Assembly: GCA_001600695.1 (NCBI GenBank)
Contig: BCKQ01000019.1
Coordinates: forward strand, 110,209-174,208
Source of the DNA: Ascoidea asiatica JCM 7603
Lineage: Eukaryota; Fungi; Ascomycota
Direction of reading: 5' to 3'
DNA length: 64,000 nucleotides
The notes below the pieces were generated by a model. It was not told where the DNA came from and did no database searches. It saw only the letters and a list, made by a program, of their open reading frames with translations. The translations under genes were made by a program, and so were the position numbers. Shown one piece after another: positions 48,521-59,460 of this stretch (its first letter is position 1; each line of letters opens with the position of its first letter).

Positions 48521-48945
48521 AAGTGCAATTGAATTTCATTGACACAATTTACATAGGTAAGTATGTGATTTGGTAAGTGATAATAATGTTTAATAAAGAA
48601 ACCCCATAGAAAGAATGCATTTAGAGTAATTCAGTTCTTGAATATCATGAATGTTTCTCAGGTATTTCAATGATTGTGATTGCATTTGTTATTTTATTGT
48701 TTATTTTATTGATTATTGATTATTGTATATTGTTTATTGATTATTGTTTATTGTATAACTGTGCATTGTCTTTGTTACTTCTTTTATTCCACCGGCGAAT
48801 CATTCGCCCACACGCGGCCGGTCAAGGCGCACCACTTCCTTTTATGGATAGTATGTATATTATGTGGCAATAGTGGCTGAAGTGGCGGTGCATGCAATTT
48901 AGCCACACGACATTATTTACTCGGCAGCACCCCTTTGCTGCTTAA

Positions 48946-48983
48946 GTGTGTTGGTGTGTGTTGGTGTGTGTTGGTGTGTGTTG
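48946..48983 (+). repeat. (TTGGTGTGTG)n TG-rich repeat, about 3.8 units, abutting tRNA-Glu +1
   Basis: Three perfect 10-bp units plus partial flanks. Confidence 0.85.
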
Positions 48984-49055
48984 TCCGATATAGTGTAACG
49001 GTGATCATACCTCGCTTTCACCGAGGAGACCCGGGTTCGACTCCCGGTATCGGAA
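48984..49055 (+). tRNA. tRNA-Glu(UUC)
   Basis: TCCGATA...CTCG CT TTC AC CGAG...CCGGG TTCGACT CCCGG TATCGGA A; paired acceptor and T stems; T-run terminator at 49060-49065. Confidence 0.96.
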
Positions 49056-49229
49056 CATATTTTTTGATATTGATTAATATTTATTCATTTTTCAGTAAAG
49101 CTTCTTTTTTTTTCTGCTTTTTTACTTTGCAACCACAAAAGCTGAGAAGTGAGAAGTGAGAAACGAGCAAGAAATAAATTATATTAAACAAAACTATACA
49201 ATGAAATACTGTAATTAAGTAGGTATTTA

Positions 49230-49738
49230 CTAGTCATCATCACCACCATCATCATCGTCATCATCGTCGTCATCATCATCATCATCATCATCGTCGTCAT
49301 CATTAGAATCATTTTCATGTTGTTGAGAAGGTGGTGCACCAAAATATTGATCACGAAAAAAAAATCTAGAGGTGATGAATGTTTATGTCTACTACTATTA
49401 CTACTACTACTACTACTACTAAACATATTACTATTATCATTAATAGTATTAGTACCACTTAAAATTGATTTACTTGATTTTTTTTTATCATATTTTTTTC
49501 CTGCTTTTAAAGCTATTTTAGAAAATTTACCAACTAATTTTAAATATTTATCAGTATTTAATCCTTTTTCATTTTCATTTTCATTTTCATTCTCATTTTC
49601 ATTCTCATTTTCATTCTCATTTTCATTATTAATATAATTATTATTTATTGATTGAATTGATTTAAATCCAATTGAATCTAACCATAATCCAATATTACCA
49701 ATTAAAGAATATAAATATCCATTTAAATTTATTACCAT
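49230..49738 (-). CDS. Orphan protein of about 169 aa with acidic tail; requires a -1 shift (one extra T) at the T9 run 49364-49356
   Basis: The 0-frame tail is an implausible poly-Met/Thr run; the -1 frame gives RDQYFGAPPSQQHENDSN-poly-D-GGDDD* with synonymous GAT/GAC alternation, stop at 49232-49230. Confidence 0.6.
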
Positions 49739-50000
49739 ATAATTTATTTAAATTTTTATTTTTATAAATAAATTCAATTTGAAATACATAATAAATGATA
49801 AATAATAAATAATAAATGATATAAAGTAATCGCAATATTTCATTATAATTTGCATTGGTACCAAACTTTCAAATTCGGACTTCCCAGCAGCAGATTAATG
49901 CAGACAGCAACAGACTAATGAAGGTATTTGCAGATATCTGCATATTGAAAAAAAAACAATTTGAGACCAGAACAATGGGTGTCGTACTAGCCACGTATTA

Positions 50001-50031
50001 TTTTGTGACCATGTACCAGCCATGTCACGTG
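50001..50031. promoter_or_regulatory. MSE-like GTCACAAAA (minus strand, 50001-50009) and GTCACGTG (50024-50031) in the orphan/RSM26 divergent promoter
   Basis: Exact matches to the Ndt80/Sum1 GNCACAAAA and Cbf1 RTCACGTG consensus. Confidence 0.45.
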
Positions 50032-50362
50032 TTATATGTGGCTGGTTTGATGATTTTTCAAAATTTTTTAAGATTTCCAATGAAAAAACACCAAAAAACA
50101 CAAAAAACAACAAAAAACACAAAAACAACAAAAAAAGAAGCATTGAAAAGAAGTGAAGAAAAGAAGTGAAGAAAGATTTAAAAGAACAGGAATTAAAAGA
50201 AAAAAAGGTTCAGCAGTGAAGTGAAAGTGAAGAAAGATAAGATTTTAGAAGAGCTTAAGAAATATTTCAAAGGTTAAATGAATTTAGAGTAAAAATTGAA
50301 TACTTAATCCATAATTAATATCAATAATTTCAATAATTTCAATAATTTCAATAATTTCAATA

Positions 50363-51223
50363 ATGTCAATACGATCATTAAATACTTTTAAAAATTTTGG
50401 ATTGAAAAGAAATAAATTAAATTTATATTCTTCTTCATTATCACCATTTTTATTAAATTGTAAACAATTAAGAAATATACATTTAAAACCAATTTTATCA
50501 AATGAAGAATTTTGGTTAAAAAATGGTATACCTGGACTTTATTCAAAAGATCAATTTAAATTAGCTTGGAATGATTATCAAAATTTTTTAAATATTAATT
50601 TATCTTTATTAACATCATCAACAATTTTTGAAAATAAATCAAATTTAAATTTAATTTTTTTAAATTCAAAAATTAAATTAAATTCAAATATCTTTCATTA
50701 TTCTTCACAATCTTTTAATAATCAATTTTTTTTTGAAAATTTATTAAAAATTCCAAATGATAAAAATTTAAATTTAAATAATTATCCATCAAGAGAATTT
50801 ATTAAAAAATTAGAAAAAAATTCAATTTTTAAAAATTTAGATAATTTAAAATCTGAAATTTATAAATTATCTATAAATAATTTAAATAATGGTTGGATTT
50901 ATTTAATTGAAGATTTAAATAAAAATTTAAAATTAATTCATTTAAATAATGATGGTACTCCATTTTTATATTATAGAAATCAATCAATTGATTTAAATGG
51001 TCCAATAAATTTAAATAATTATAATACTTATATTCAAAATCAAAAAGATTTAAAATTAAATAAAATTGATTATAATTTACCACTTTTATCTTTAAGTTTA
51101 TGGGATTATAGTTATATATTAGATTATGGTACAAGTAAATCTGGTAAAATTAATTATACTAAAAATTTATTAAATTCAATAGATTGGCAAAAAGTAAGTC
51201 AAAGATTATTCATTCATAATTAA
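50363..51223 (+). CDS. RSM26: Mitochondrial small-subunit ribosomal protein mS42 (Fe/Mn-SOD-like fold)
   Basis: Presequence, then IHLKP.L...NGIPGLYS..QF..AW.DYQ, IFHYSSQSFNNQFFFENL, PLLSLSLWDYSYILDYG, IDW..V..RL. Confidence 0.82.
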   Translation: MSIRSLNTFKNFGLKRNKLNLYSSSLSPFLLNCKQLRNIHLKPILSNEEFWLKNGIPGLYSKDQFKLAWNDYQNFLNINLSLLTSSTIFENKSNLNLIFLNSKIKLNSNIFHYSSQSFNNQFFFENLLKIPNDKNLNLNNYPSREFIKKLEKNSIFKNLDNLKSEIYKLSINNLNNGWIYLIEDLNKNLKLIHLNNDGTPFLYYRNQSIDLNGPINLNNYNTYIQNQKDLKLNKIDYNLPLLSLSLWDYSYILDYGTSKSGKINYTKNLLNSIDWQKVSQRLFIHN

Positions 51224-51318
51224 TAATCTAATAAACTATTATTATATATTATTATATATTAATTCAATGTAAATAAACAAATCACAATTATTATATAGTA
51301 TATAAATACTTTTATAAT

Positions 51319-51657
51319 TTAATCATCATTATTAGATATTAAACCTTTTGCAATTTCTCTTAATTCTTTAATATCTGTATCTTCACTTGGAAATACACTT
51401 TGTTGTCCCAAGAATTTGAAAATTTCAACTTTTGTCCATCTATCAACTGTATCTGGTTCTTCAATATCATCAACTTTTATATGTCCTTTATTAACTTTAT
51501 CAAATTTCTTCTTTAATTTCTCTTTTTTAATATCTTCTTCTGTTATTCCTCCACTGAAAAGAATTCCAAATATTGATGCTCCAATAATTATACTTCCAAA
51601 TATCAGTAATAAAGGAGATTTATTCCTGTGAATAAATTTATCAATTGATGTAGTCAT
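51319..51657 (-). CDS. Small N-terminally membrane-anchored protein (112 aa)
   Basis: Single TM (PLLLIFGSIIIGASIFGILFSG), lysine-rich linker, C-terminal helical motif W..VEI.KFL....V......ELREIAK; protein-like composition; AAA context before ATG. Confidence 0.7.
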   Translation of the reverse strand: MTTSIDKFIHRNKSPLLLIFGSIIIGASIFGILFSGGITEEDIKKEKLKKKFDKVNKGHIKVDDIEEPDTVDRWTKVEIFKFLGQQSVFPSEDTDIKELREIAKGLISNNDD

Positions 51658-52589
51658 TTTACTTTAGTTTCTCTCTATATTTATTGTAATCCTTCTTTAA
51701 GTATTCAATAATTCAATTAATTAATCAATTGTGTTCATATCTAAGAAAGAATAAAAAAACATCCACTTTTTCTTATATTTATATCTATATTTATATTCTT
51801 ATCAATTATTTGAATCTCCAATCTCAAACTCTTTTTGTTCTTGAGCAAGCAAAGCAATCTTCTTTTTTTCTCCACATTCAATTTTCTCGCGCTTTAAAAT
51901 GAAAAAAAAAGCAAAAAAAGATGACGAAATATTCATGGAGATGATTACATAACTGAAAGTAACTGAAAGTGATCTTTCTTTTACAAACTCGACAGTGATT
52001 TGAAAGTTTCAATGATAATTTATTGATTGATTGATTGATATAAAAGAAGGATAGAATATAACGATATAATATAATGATAAGATATAAATATAATAAAGTT
52101 TCAGATTTCATTCTTTGAAAACGAATGCCGGATTCATTTTCCTAAAAAAAATAAAAATATAAGTTAAAAAACAACAGATAAAAATTAATATCACAATAAC
52201 AAGCACAACAAACAGTTAGAGAAAAAATGTTTGCCAGTTTTTTTTGTTAAAAAAAACCATAAAAAGTAAAGGTAAATGAATAAAAAGAATAAAAAAAAGA
52301 AAAAAAAATGAATGAATAGAAAAAAAAATTGAATATTGGAGAAAAAATATATATGTGTATAAATAATGAAGATAATTTAAAAGTTTTGAACAAGGAGTGA
52401 ATTAAATGAATTAAAAACTTTTCAGAAAAAATATGAGGAACAATTAAAGTAAAGAAAATATAAAAACATGTTAATTCTTTCTTTTGGAATACAAATGATA
52501 ACAAATAAAATTAGAATGACTTTGAATAAAAGTCAGTAAGAAAATATTACCCTTAAAACCAAAAAAATGTATCTATCAATTTGATGATA

Positions 52590-55500
52590 TTAATCAATGT
52601 TAAAATAATCTAAAGAATTATTTCCAAGTAAATCTTTGGATTTATCATTACCTTCATTATCTCCTCCATTTGAATAATCTAGGAAAGTTCCATCAATAGC
52701 AAAATTATCGTCATTGGCGAAGTCAAATGCGTCAAAATCATTTTGATCATTTTGAAAGAACAAATCTAAATCATCAGTATTTCCATTTGCATTAACCGAT
52801 GCAAAATCATTTAACGAAACTTCAACATTTAATTGATCAACATCATTCTGTGAAGACAAATTATTGTTATCGGATATTGTAGGTAAGGGCGTAACAAAAG
52901 AATTTAAATCGAAATCATTCTTATTAATATTAGTTTTGTTGGGTTCATTAATATTATCATTATTAGTAAAACTTTGAGTCTTTTTACTATTATCAATATT
53001 TTTGCTCTTTGAATTATCTTTTTTATTATCTTTTTTATTATCCTTAGTGTTGTCCTTGCTATCCTTATTATTACTATCCTTATTATCTTTGATATTATCC
53101 TTATTATTATCTTTATTATCTTTGTTATTATCCTTATTAGTATCTTTTTTAGTTTCCTTGATGCTTTTATTATTATCTTTGTTTTGATCCTTATTGGTAC
53201 TTGCATTATTAGTTTTGGAAGCATTCAGGGTTGATTTTGTAGTATTATTTGAATCTTTTGGACCTTGAGAATTCTTTAAAGTACTATTAGGGGTATTAGC
53301 AACACTCTTTTTTCTTCTCTTAGTAACTCTTTTTGAAGGAACAGAAGGGCCTTGAGAAGGAGATCTTTTATGAGTCAGTCTTGGCGTAGAGGATTTTGAA
53401 GACTTTTTACTTGTTGTTGAATCTTTTGCTAAGGGATCAATTGCAACAGATGGGGCACGACGTTTAACAACAGGTGGAACAGCATTTGTAATACTATTAC
53501 GCTTTAATAAATAAGCATAATTTGTAACTCCATAAGTAGTCTTAACATTACCTGGACCGCCAACAACACCATTATACATTCCTTGTCCATTAGGTTGAGA
53601 TCCTTGTCCAGGGAATTGATTCTGAATTTGGGATTGATTGAGTATCAATTGAGTTTGTTGAGGAGTTAAAATTTGGTTATTTTGATGCATAGGATTTGGA
53701 GTTTCCATATTTGATCCAACTGAAGAAGGTGTCAATGCTGGCATTTGTTGAGGAATTGGAATACCATTTGTATTTATGAATTGAGGATTATTAGGACCTT
53801 GTTGTTGAAACTGCAATTGTTGCTGGTTCTGAAAGAAATTAATAGGTAAACCCCTATTGTTTGGATTTAATTGCTGTTGCTGTTGTTGCTGCTGTTTTAA
53901 TTCATCTTCTTTTATCTTTTTAATTCTTAATTGTAATTGTTGTTGATTAGGAACTTGAGATAAATTTTGAGGTAGTTGCTGTGATTGTTGCTGCGGTTGA
54001 AGTTGAGACTGTTGAGGTTGTTGTTGTTGTTGTTGTGGCTGTTGCATTTGTGATTGAGGTTGTTGTTGTTGCTGGCGGGGCCTTTGCAGAAGAAATTGTT
54101 GAATCTGCTCAGGAGTCAAACCTTGTGGTAACATTTGTTGTTGAGATTGTTGTTGAAGTGGTTGCGCTTGGGGATTCTGTTGAGCTTGTGGGTTCTGTTG
54201 CTGTTGTCGTTGCTGAAGCAAATATTGAGCTCTTAAATCCATTGGGGGTTGTTGCAAATGCTGTTGATTTGGAATGGACATCATTTGTTGATTATTATTC
54301 ATTAAGAGTTGAGGATGCTGAAATACATTTCTTTGTTGATTAGGAATTCCTGGTTGATTCGGAAATTGAAATCCTTGAATTGGTAAACCTATGAAATTTT
54401 GAAACTGAGGACCGATATGAGGTTGAGAAACATTTACTCCCATATGTTGTTGATTTTGTAATTGATTCATTCTTAAATTATTTGGTAACCCTTGATGTTG
54501 AGAAGCTAAAGGATTAGATTGAGGAGTACTAACCATCTGTTGCTGGGGAGTTAAAACATTTGTTTGAGGAGTTGTAATTGCAGAAGGAGGTCTTCCTTGA
54601 ACAAATCCAGGAATATTTGAATTACTAGTGAAAGTTTTAATTTTCTTTTGTTGATCTTCTTTAACTGCTTCTGCTTCTTTCAAAGTCGATGCTTTAGTAT
54701 CGGTAATTTTTGATGATGAATCTTTTGATTTTGGACTTAAATTTGTGTTTGATGAAGAAGTTGAAGGTGGTAAAATATTTATATTTTTACTAATTGGATT
54801 TTTTGGATTTATTGTTAAGGGAGAATCATTTGAAGAATCAGTAGTATTTGAATTAATATTATTATTGATATTACTATTATTGTTAGTAAGGGTATTAGTA
54901 TTGACATTGATATTATTAGAACTACTAGCATTGATATTACTATTGTTTTTGATATTATTGACATTATCTTCTTTTGAGTCAACATCTTCATTAATTGTTG
55001 ATAAAGTTCTTGAGGGAGAAGAAATTTGTTTCAGTTTATTAATTTGAGCTTGATTATTTTCTTTTATTTTTTTATTTATAATATCTACAGCACTTTCAGA
55101 TAATGGTGCAATATCATTTTTATTATTACTATTACTATTGTTATTGTTATTGTTATTGTTATTGTTATTGATATCATTATTATTATTTGGAATAACATTG
55201 ATATTAATTTTGTCCATCATTTCCTTATTTAAAAGTAAACTTTTAGGAGTTGAATCATTATTGATAAAAGTTTTTTTCAATAAATCATTTTCTAATATAT
55301 TTTCAAAATTATTAATAGGAGTTTGCATATTATTATTTAAATTATTATTGATAGCATTATTAATATTAATATTACTATTATTATTACTAACTAGATTTAA
55401 ATTATTATTTAAAGAATTAATTGAATTCATATTAATAGAATTGATATTAGTAGGATTTAAATTTAAAAAATTTGTATCATTTAAAGTAAAATCTTTTTCA

Positions 55501-55933
55501 TTTGAAGAATTTTGTAAAATTTCTAAACCTTTCCACCATTTTAATAATGAAGAATCATTTTTTTCATTAAAAATATTAGGTTCATTTAATATTGGATCTT
55601 TTGAATCTCTTATAAGTTCACCTTCGATTAAAAAAATATTTTTATCAATATTAGAAATATTAGAAATATTAGAAATATTAGAATTATTAGAAATATTTGA
55701 ATTATTAATATTATTTGAATTTTTTTTTAAATTTGGAGAAGGATTAGAAGTTGGTGGAGAAGGTGGTAAATTTAAACCATTTGGAAATTTTACAGGAACA
55801 TCAGCTTCTTTTAATAAATTTTTTGCAGTTTCTAAACAATTATTATTTAGAAGATGATTATATATGTATGCAAGTAATAATTGTTTTGAATTTTTAGCTG
55901 CAACATCAGAAACCTTAATTTGATTTATAATAC

Positions 55934-55985
<52 letters not shown>

Positions 55986-56807
55986 ATTGTTATCATTAGA
56001 TAATAAAGGTAAAATAAAGTTTGAGGTTGAAGAAGATATATTGGATAATTCATTTGAAGGTAATAGATCATTAAAAAAATAATAATTTTCTTGTAATGAA
56101 TTTTTTTCATTAATATTATTGATATTATTATTATTATTAATATATGGAGAAACTTCTCTTGAATTATTTATCTTTTTAGAGTCAATTGAGATTTTTATAA
56201 CTTTTTGAATTTCATTATTATTAATATTATTATTAGTATCATTGATATTATTAGAAGATATTTTTTTTGATAAATTAATTTTATTATTATTACCTGTTGG
56301 AAGATTTTTTGATTTGAGTTTATTATTATTACCATTATTGTTATTATTAGTGGTGATGGTGGTAGTGGTGGTAGCAGTTGGAGTAGAAGAATTATTATTT
56401 TGAAAGAAATTTTTTTTATTTTGATCTTCAGATTGATGTAATCTATTTAATTCTAATTGTTGTTGAGGAGATAATCTTTGTAATTGATTTAAATTTTGAT
56501 TTAAATTTTGATTCAAATTTTGATTTAAATTTAAATTTGATTTTGGACTTAAATTATTTATATTTTGTTGATTTTGTTGATTTATAAGTTTTTGTTGTTG
56601 CTGCTGTTGTTGTTGTTGTAAATGAAGCTGTCTAGATTGAAATTCAGCATGAGCTTGTGCTTGTGCTTGAACTTGTCTTTGTTGAGCTAGCGCCTGAGCC
56701 TGAGCGTTTGCTTGAGCTTGTTGTTGTTGCTGTTGTTGTTGTAATTGCTGCTGTTGTTGTTGTTGTTGAGCATGTTGTTGAGCTTGTAATTTTGCTTGAG
56801 CTTGAGC

Positions 56808-56843
<36 letters not shown>

Positions 56844-57908
56844 TTGAGCATGTAATTGTTGTAATTGATGTAATTGTTGTAATTGAATTTGATTAGGATT
56901 AGTATATTGATTAATTTTATTTAATTGAATTTGATTATTATTAATATTTTTATCTAATAAAATTTTTAATTGATTAATATTTAAATTTAAATTTTTTTGT
57001 TTATTAAATAATAAATTTTTATCATTTGAAGAAATTGAAGTTATATTATTTTTTAAAGTTAATTGAATATTATTTAATTGAGATTGAAAAATTTGAATTT
57101 GATTTAAAATTTGTTGAATTTGTAAATTTTGATATTGTATTGGTTGATTGTTATTATTATTATTGTTGCCATTAGGGTTAGAATTAGAATTAGAATTAGA
57201 ATTATTATTGGCATTAACGCCATTATTATTAATATTATTATTTGAAGAATTGATTGAATTGATTGAATTTGGAGTTTGAATATGAGATTGAATTGGAACT
57301 GGAGTTTGAGAAGATTGTAATGGTTGTTGAGATTGAGGTTGAGATTTATTTTGTCCTTGATTCTGAGATTGATTTTGAGATTGATTCTGAGATTGATTCT
57401 GAGATTGATTCATCAATTGTTGATAAAGTAATTGTTTATTAGTATCACTTAAATTATTAAAATTAGTTAAATTGAAATTATTATTTAAGTTATTATTATT
57501 TATATTATTTATATTATTTATATTTGAAATATTTGAAATATTTGATAAATTATTTAAATTATTCAAATTTGATAGATTAGATAAGTTTATGTTATTTAAA
57601 TTCATATTTGATAAATTTAAATTACTTAGATTGAAATTAGATAAATTCAAATTTGGAGTTGAATTATTTGAATTACTGTTATTATTATTGTTATTATTGT
57701 TATTATTATTAATAATATTTTGTGGATTTATTGAATTTAAGGGAGTATTTACATTTGATAGACTATTATTATTTATATTATTATTATTATTATTATTAAT
57801 GTTATTATTATTATTAATGTTATTATTATTTAAGTTATTAATACTTAAATTTGATTGATTAATGGAAGTATTTGAATTTGAATTTGAAATTGATTGTAAA
57901 TTATTCAT
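52590..57908 (-). CDS. MSS11: N/Q-rich LisH-domain transcription factor, Mss11-like
   Basis: KNSKQLLLAYIYNHLLNNNCLETAKNLLKEADVP matches the Mss11 LisH block as I recall it; downstream LLKWW; poly-Q/N; acidic-hydrophobic C-terminus. Confidence 0.72.
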
Positions 57909-58063
57909 TTTTATAAAAATTATAATATAAAAAGTATCGGCGGTTAATTATTTTATGAATATTTTATGAATATTTTTCTATGAATGTTTTATATTTCTAG
58001 TATTTTATATTTTATATTTTATAATTTATAGATCATGTATTGTATATTGTATATTGTATATTG

Positions 58064-58106
<43 letters not shown>

Positions 58107-58249
58107 TTATGAGATTTAATGATATGATTAATGATTAATATTTCATATTTTTTGTAAGGGGATTGCACTGGAAACTAGAAACTGAATATGAATATAATGA
58201 AATAATGTGTGAATGTGTGAAAGTATGGGATTGAGTAGTAAATCTATAG

Positions 58250-59460
58250 AAATGGGGTCAAATACTGCCACAAGAGACTGCTAACAACTGCTATGCAAAA
58301 GAAGAAGAAGAAGAAGAAGAAGAAGAAGAAGAAGCAGAAGAAGCAGAAGAAACAGAGAAAGTTGCAGCACAAATTGAAATTGAAATTGAAATTGACATTG
58401 AAATTGACATTCAAATCCTGATCCTGATCCTGATCCTGATTCAATCCGCTCCAACTCCAAACATTTCTTCAACTTCATTCGAACCTCGCTCGAAGTGGTG
58501 GAAATCGCAGAAGTCGCTGCAGAACTCGGCGTGGAAACTCGGAAAGCACAGGGTAACCGTGTGGCTTCTTTTTCCGCCGCACTGGTACTCACCTGGAACG
58601 TGATAGCCATGCGGCACGTGTAGTTAAAAATAGTATTTATTTTTTTATTTTTTTATTTAAACCCATATACATGGTAACAACTGTAAACGTGATAACAAGT
58701 GTCACCCCTAGACTTAGAATGTTATCATGTGACTCTTATCTTTTATTTAATAAAACCCACTGGACTGGTACTGTTTGTGACGATTGAATAGTCCTTCTCT
58801 TTTTCTTGTTTGCTTGTTTTTGAATCATGAGCTTGAATCATGAGCAGCTTAAAAAATAGAGCAATTGTCACTTTTAGCAATGACTTAAAATTGAATAAAA
58901 TCATTGACTCAATCTTGATTATTCGATTACTGGCAACTTTAACATTAAAGAATCTCTTCATTTCTTTTTTTCGATCTGCTCATCAATAACGATAATATTA
59001 GTAGATTCAACAGTCAATATTTTTCGTCTATTCATTCGTTTATTCTCTAATGCTGTTTGGTCTTCTCTCAAACTAAAACTAAAACTAAAAATGAAGTCCT
59101 AAATTTTACTTCTAATTTACATTTTATATCCGACAAGTTACGTTTCAAGCTGTTTCCTGTAAGGTCCACTCATGTGACTTCTTTTCTTTTCTTTTCTTTT
59201 TTTCTGTTTGTTTGCCTTCTCTTGCCCTGGAATAACCGCCTGCTGTGTCCTAGAATTACCCACAAACTGTCCCCAGTTCAGCCGCGGTAAACCCTCGTTC
59301 TTATCTCTGAGATTGCTTTTGTTCTCCTTTTCAAAATTCTCCCATTTTCTACAGCAATGCCACATGTTTTTGCTCTTTTTAACGCTGTGGGTCTAGATGC
59401 CTTGGACCAGAAGCCTTCCCGTCCCGCTTTGATTCCGCAGGGTTGTTTCCGCTCACATAC
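58250..59460. promoter_or_regulatory. Two GC-rich islands in the MSS11/PTR2 divergent intergenic region
   Basis: Elevated G+C at about 58250-58620 (GCACGTG at 58614-58620) and about 59130-59460 (GCCGCGG, CCG triplets). Confidence 0.5.

Noticed and set aside
48520-48564. Minus-strand ATACTTACCT followed by ATTGCAC, suggestive of U1 snRNA
   Set aside because: Spacing far too short, no U1-70K loop or four-way junction, and it runs straight into microsatellites
53002-57858. Poly-Leu/Val/Ile antisense ORFs inside MSS11, SYG1, RVS167, MED2 and others
   Set aside because: Shadows of AAT/CAA codon repeats on the opposite strand
57937-57946. URS1-like TCGGCGGTTA upstream of MSS11
   Set aside because: Mismatch in the GGCGGCT core and only about 30 bp from the ATG; insufficient support
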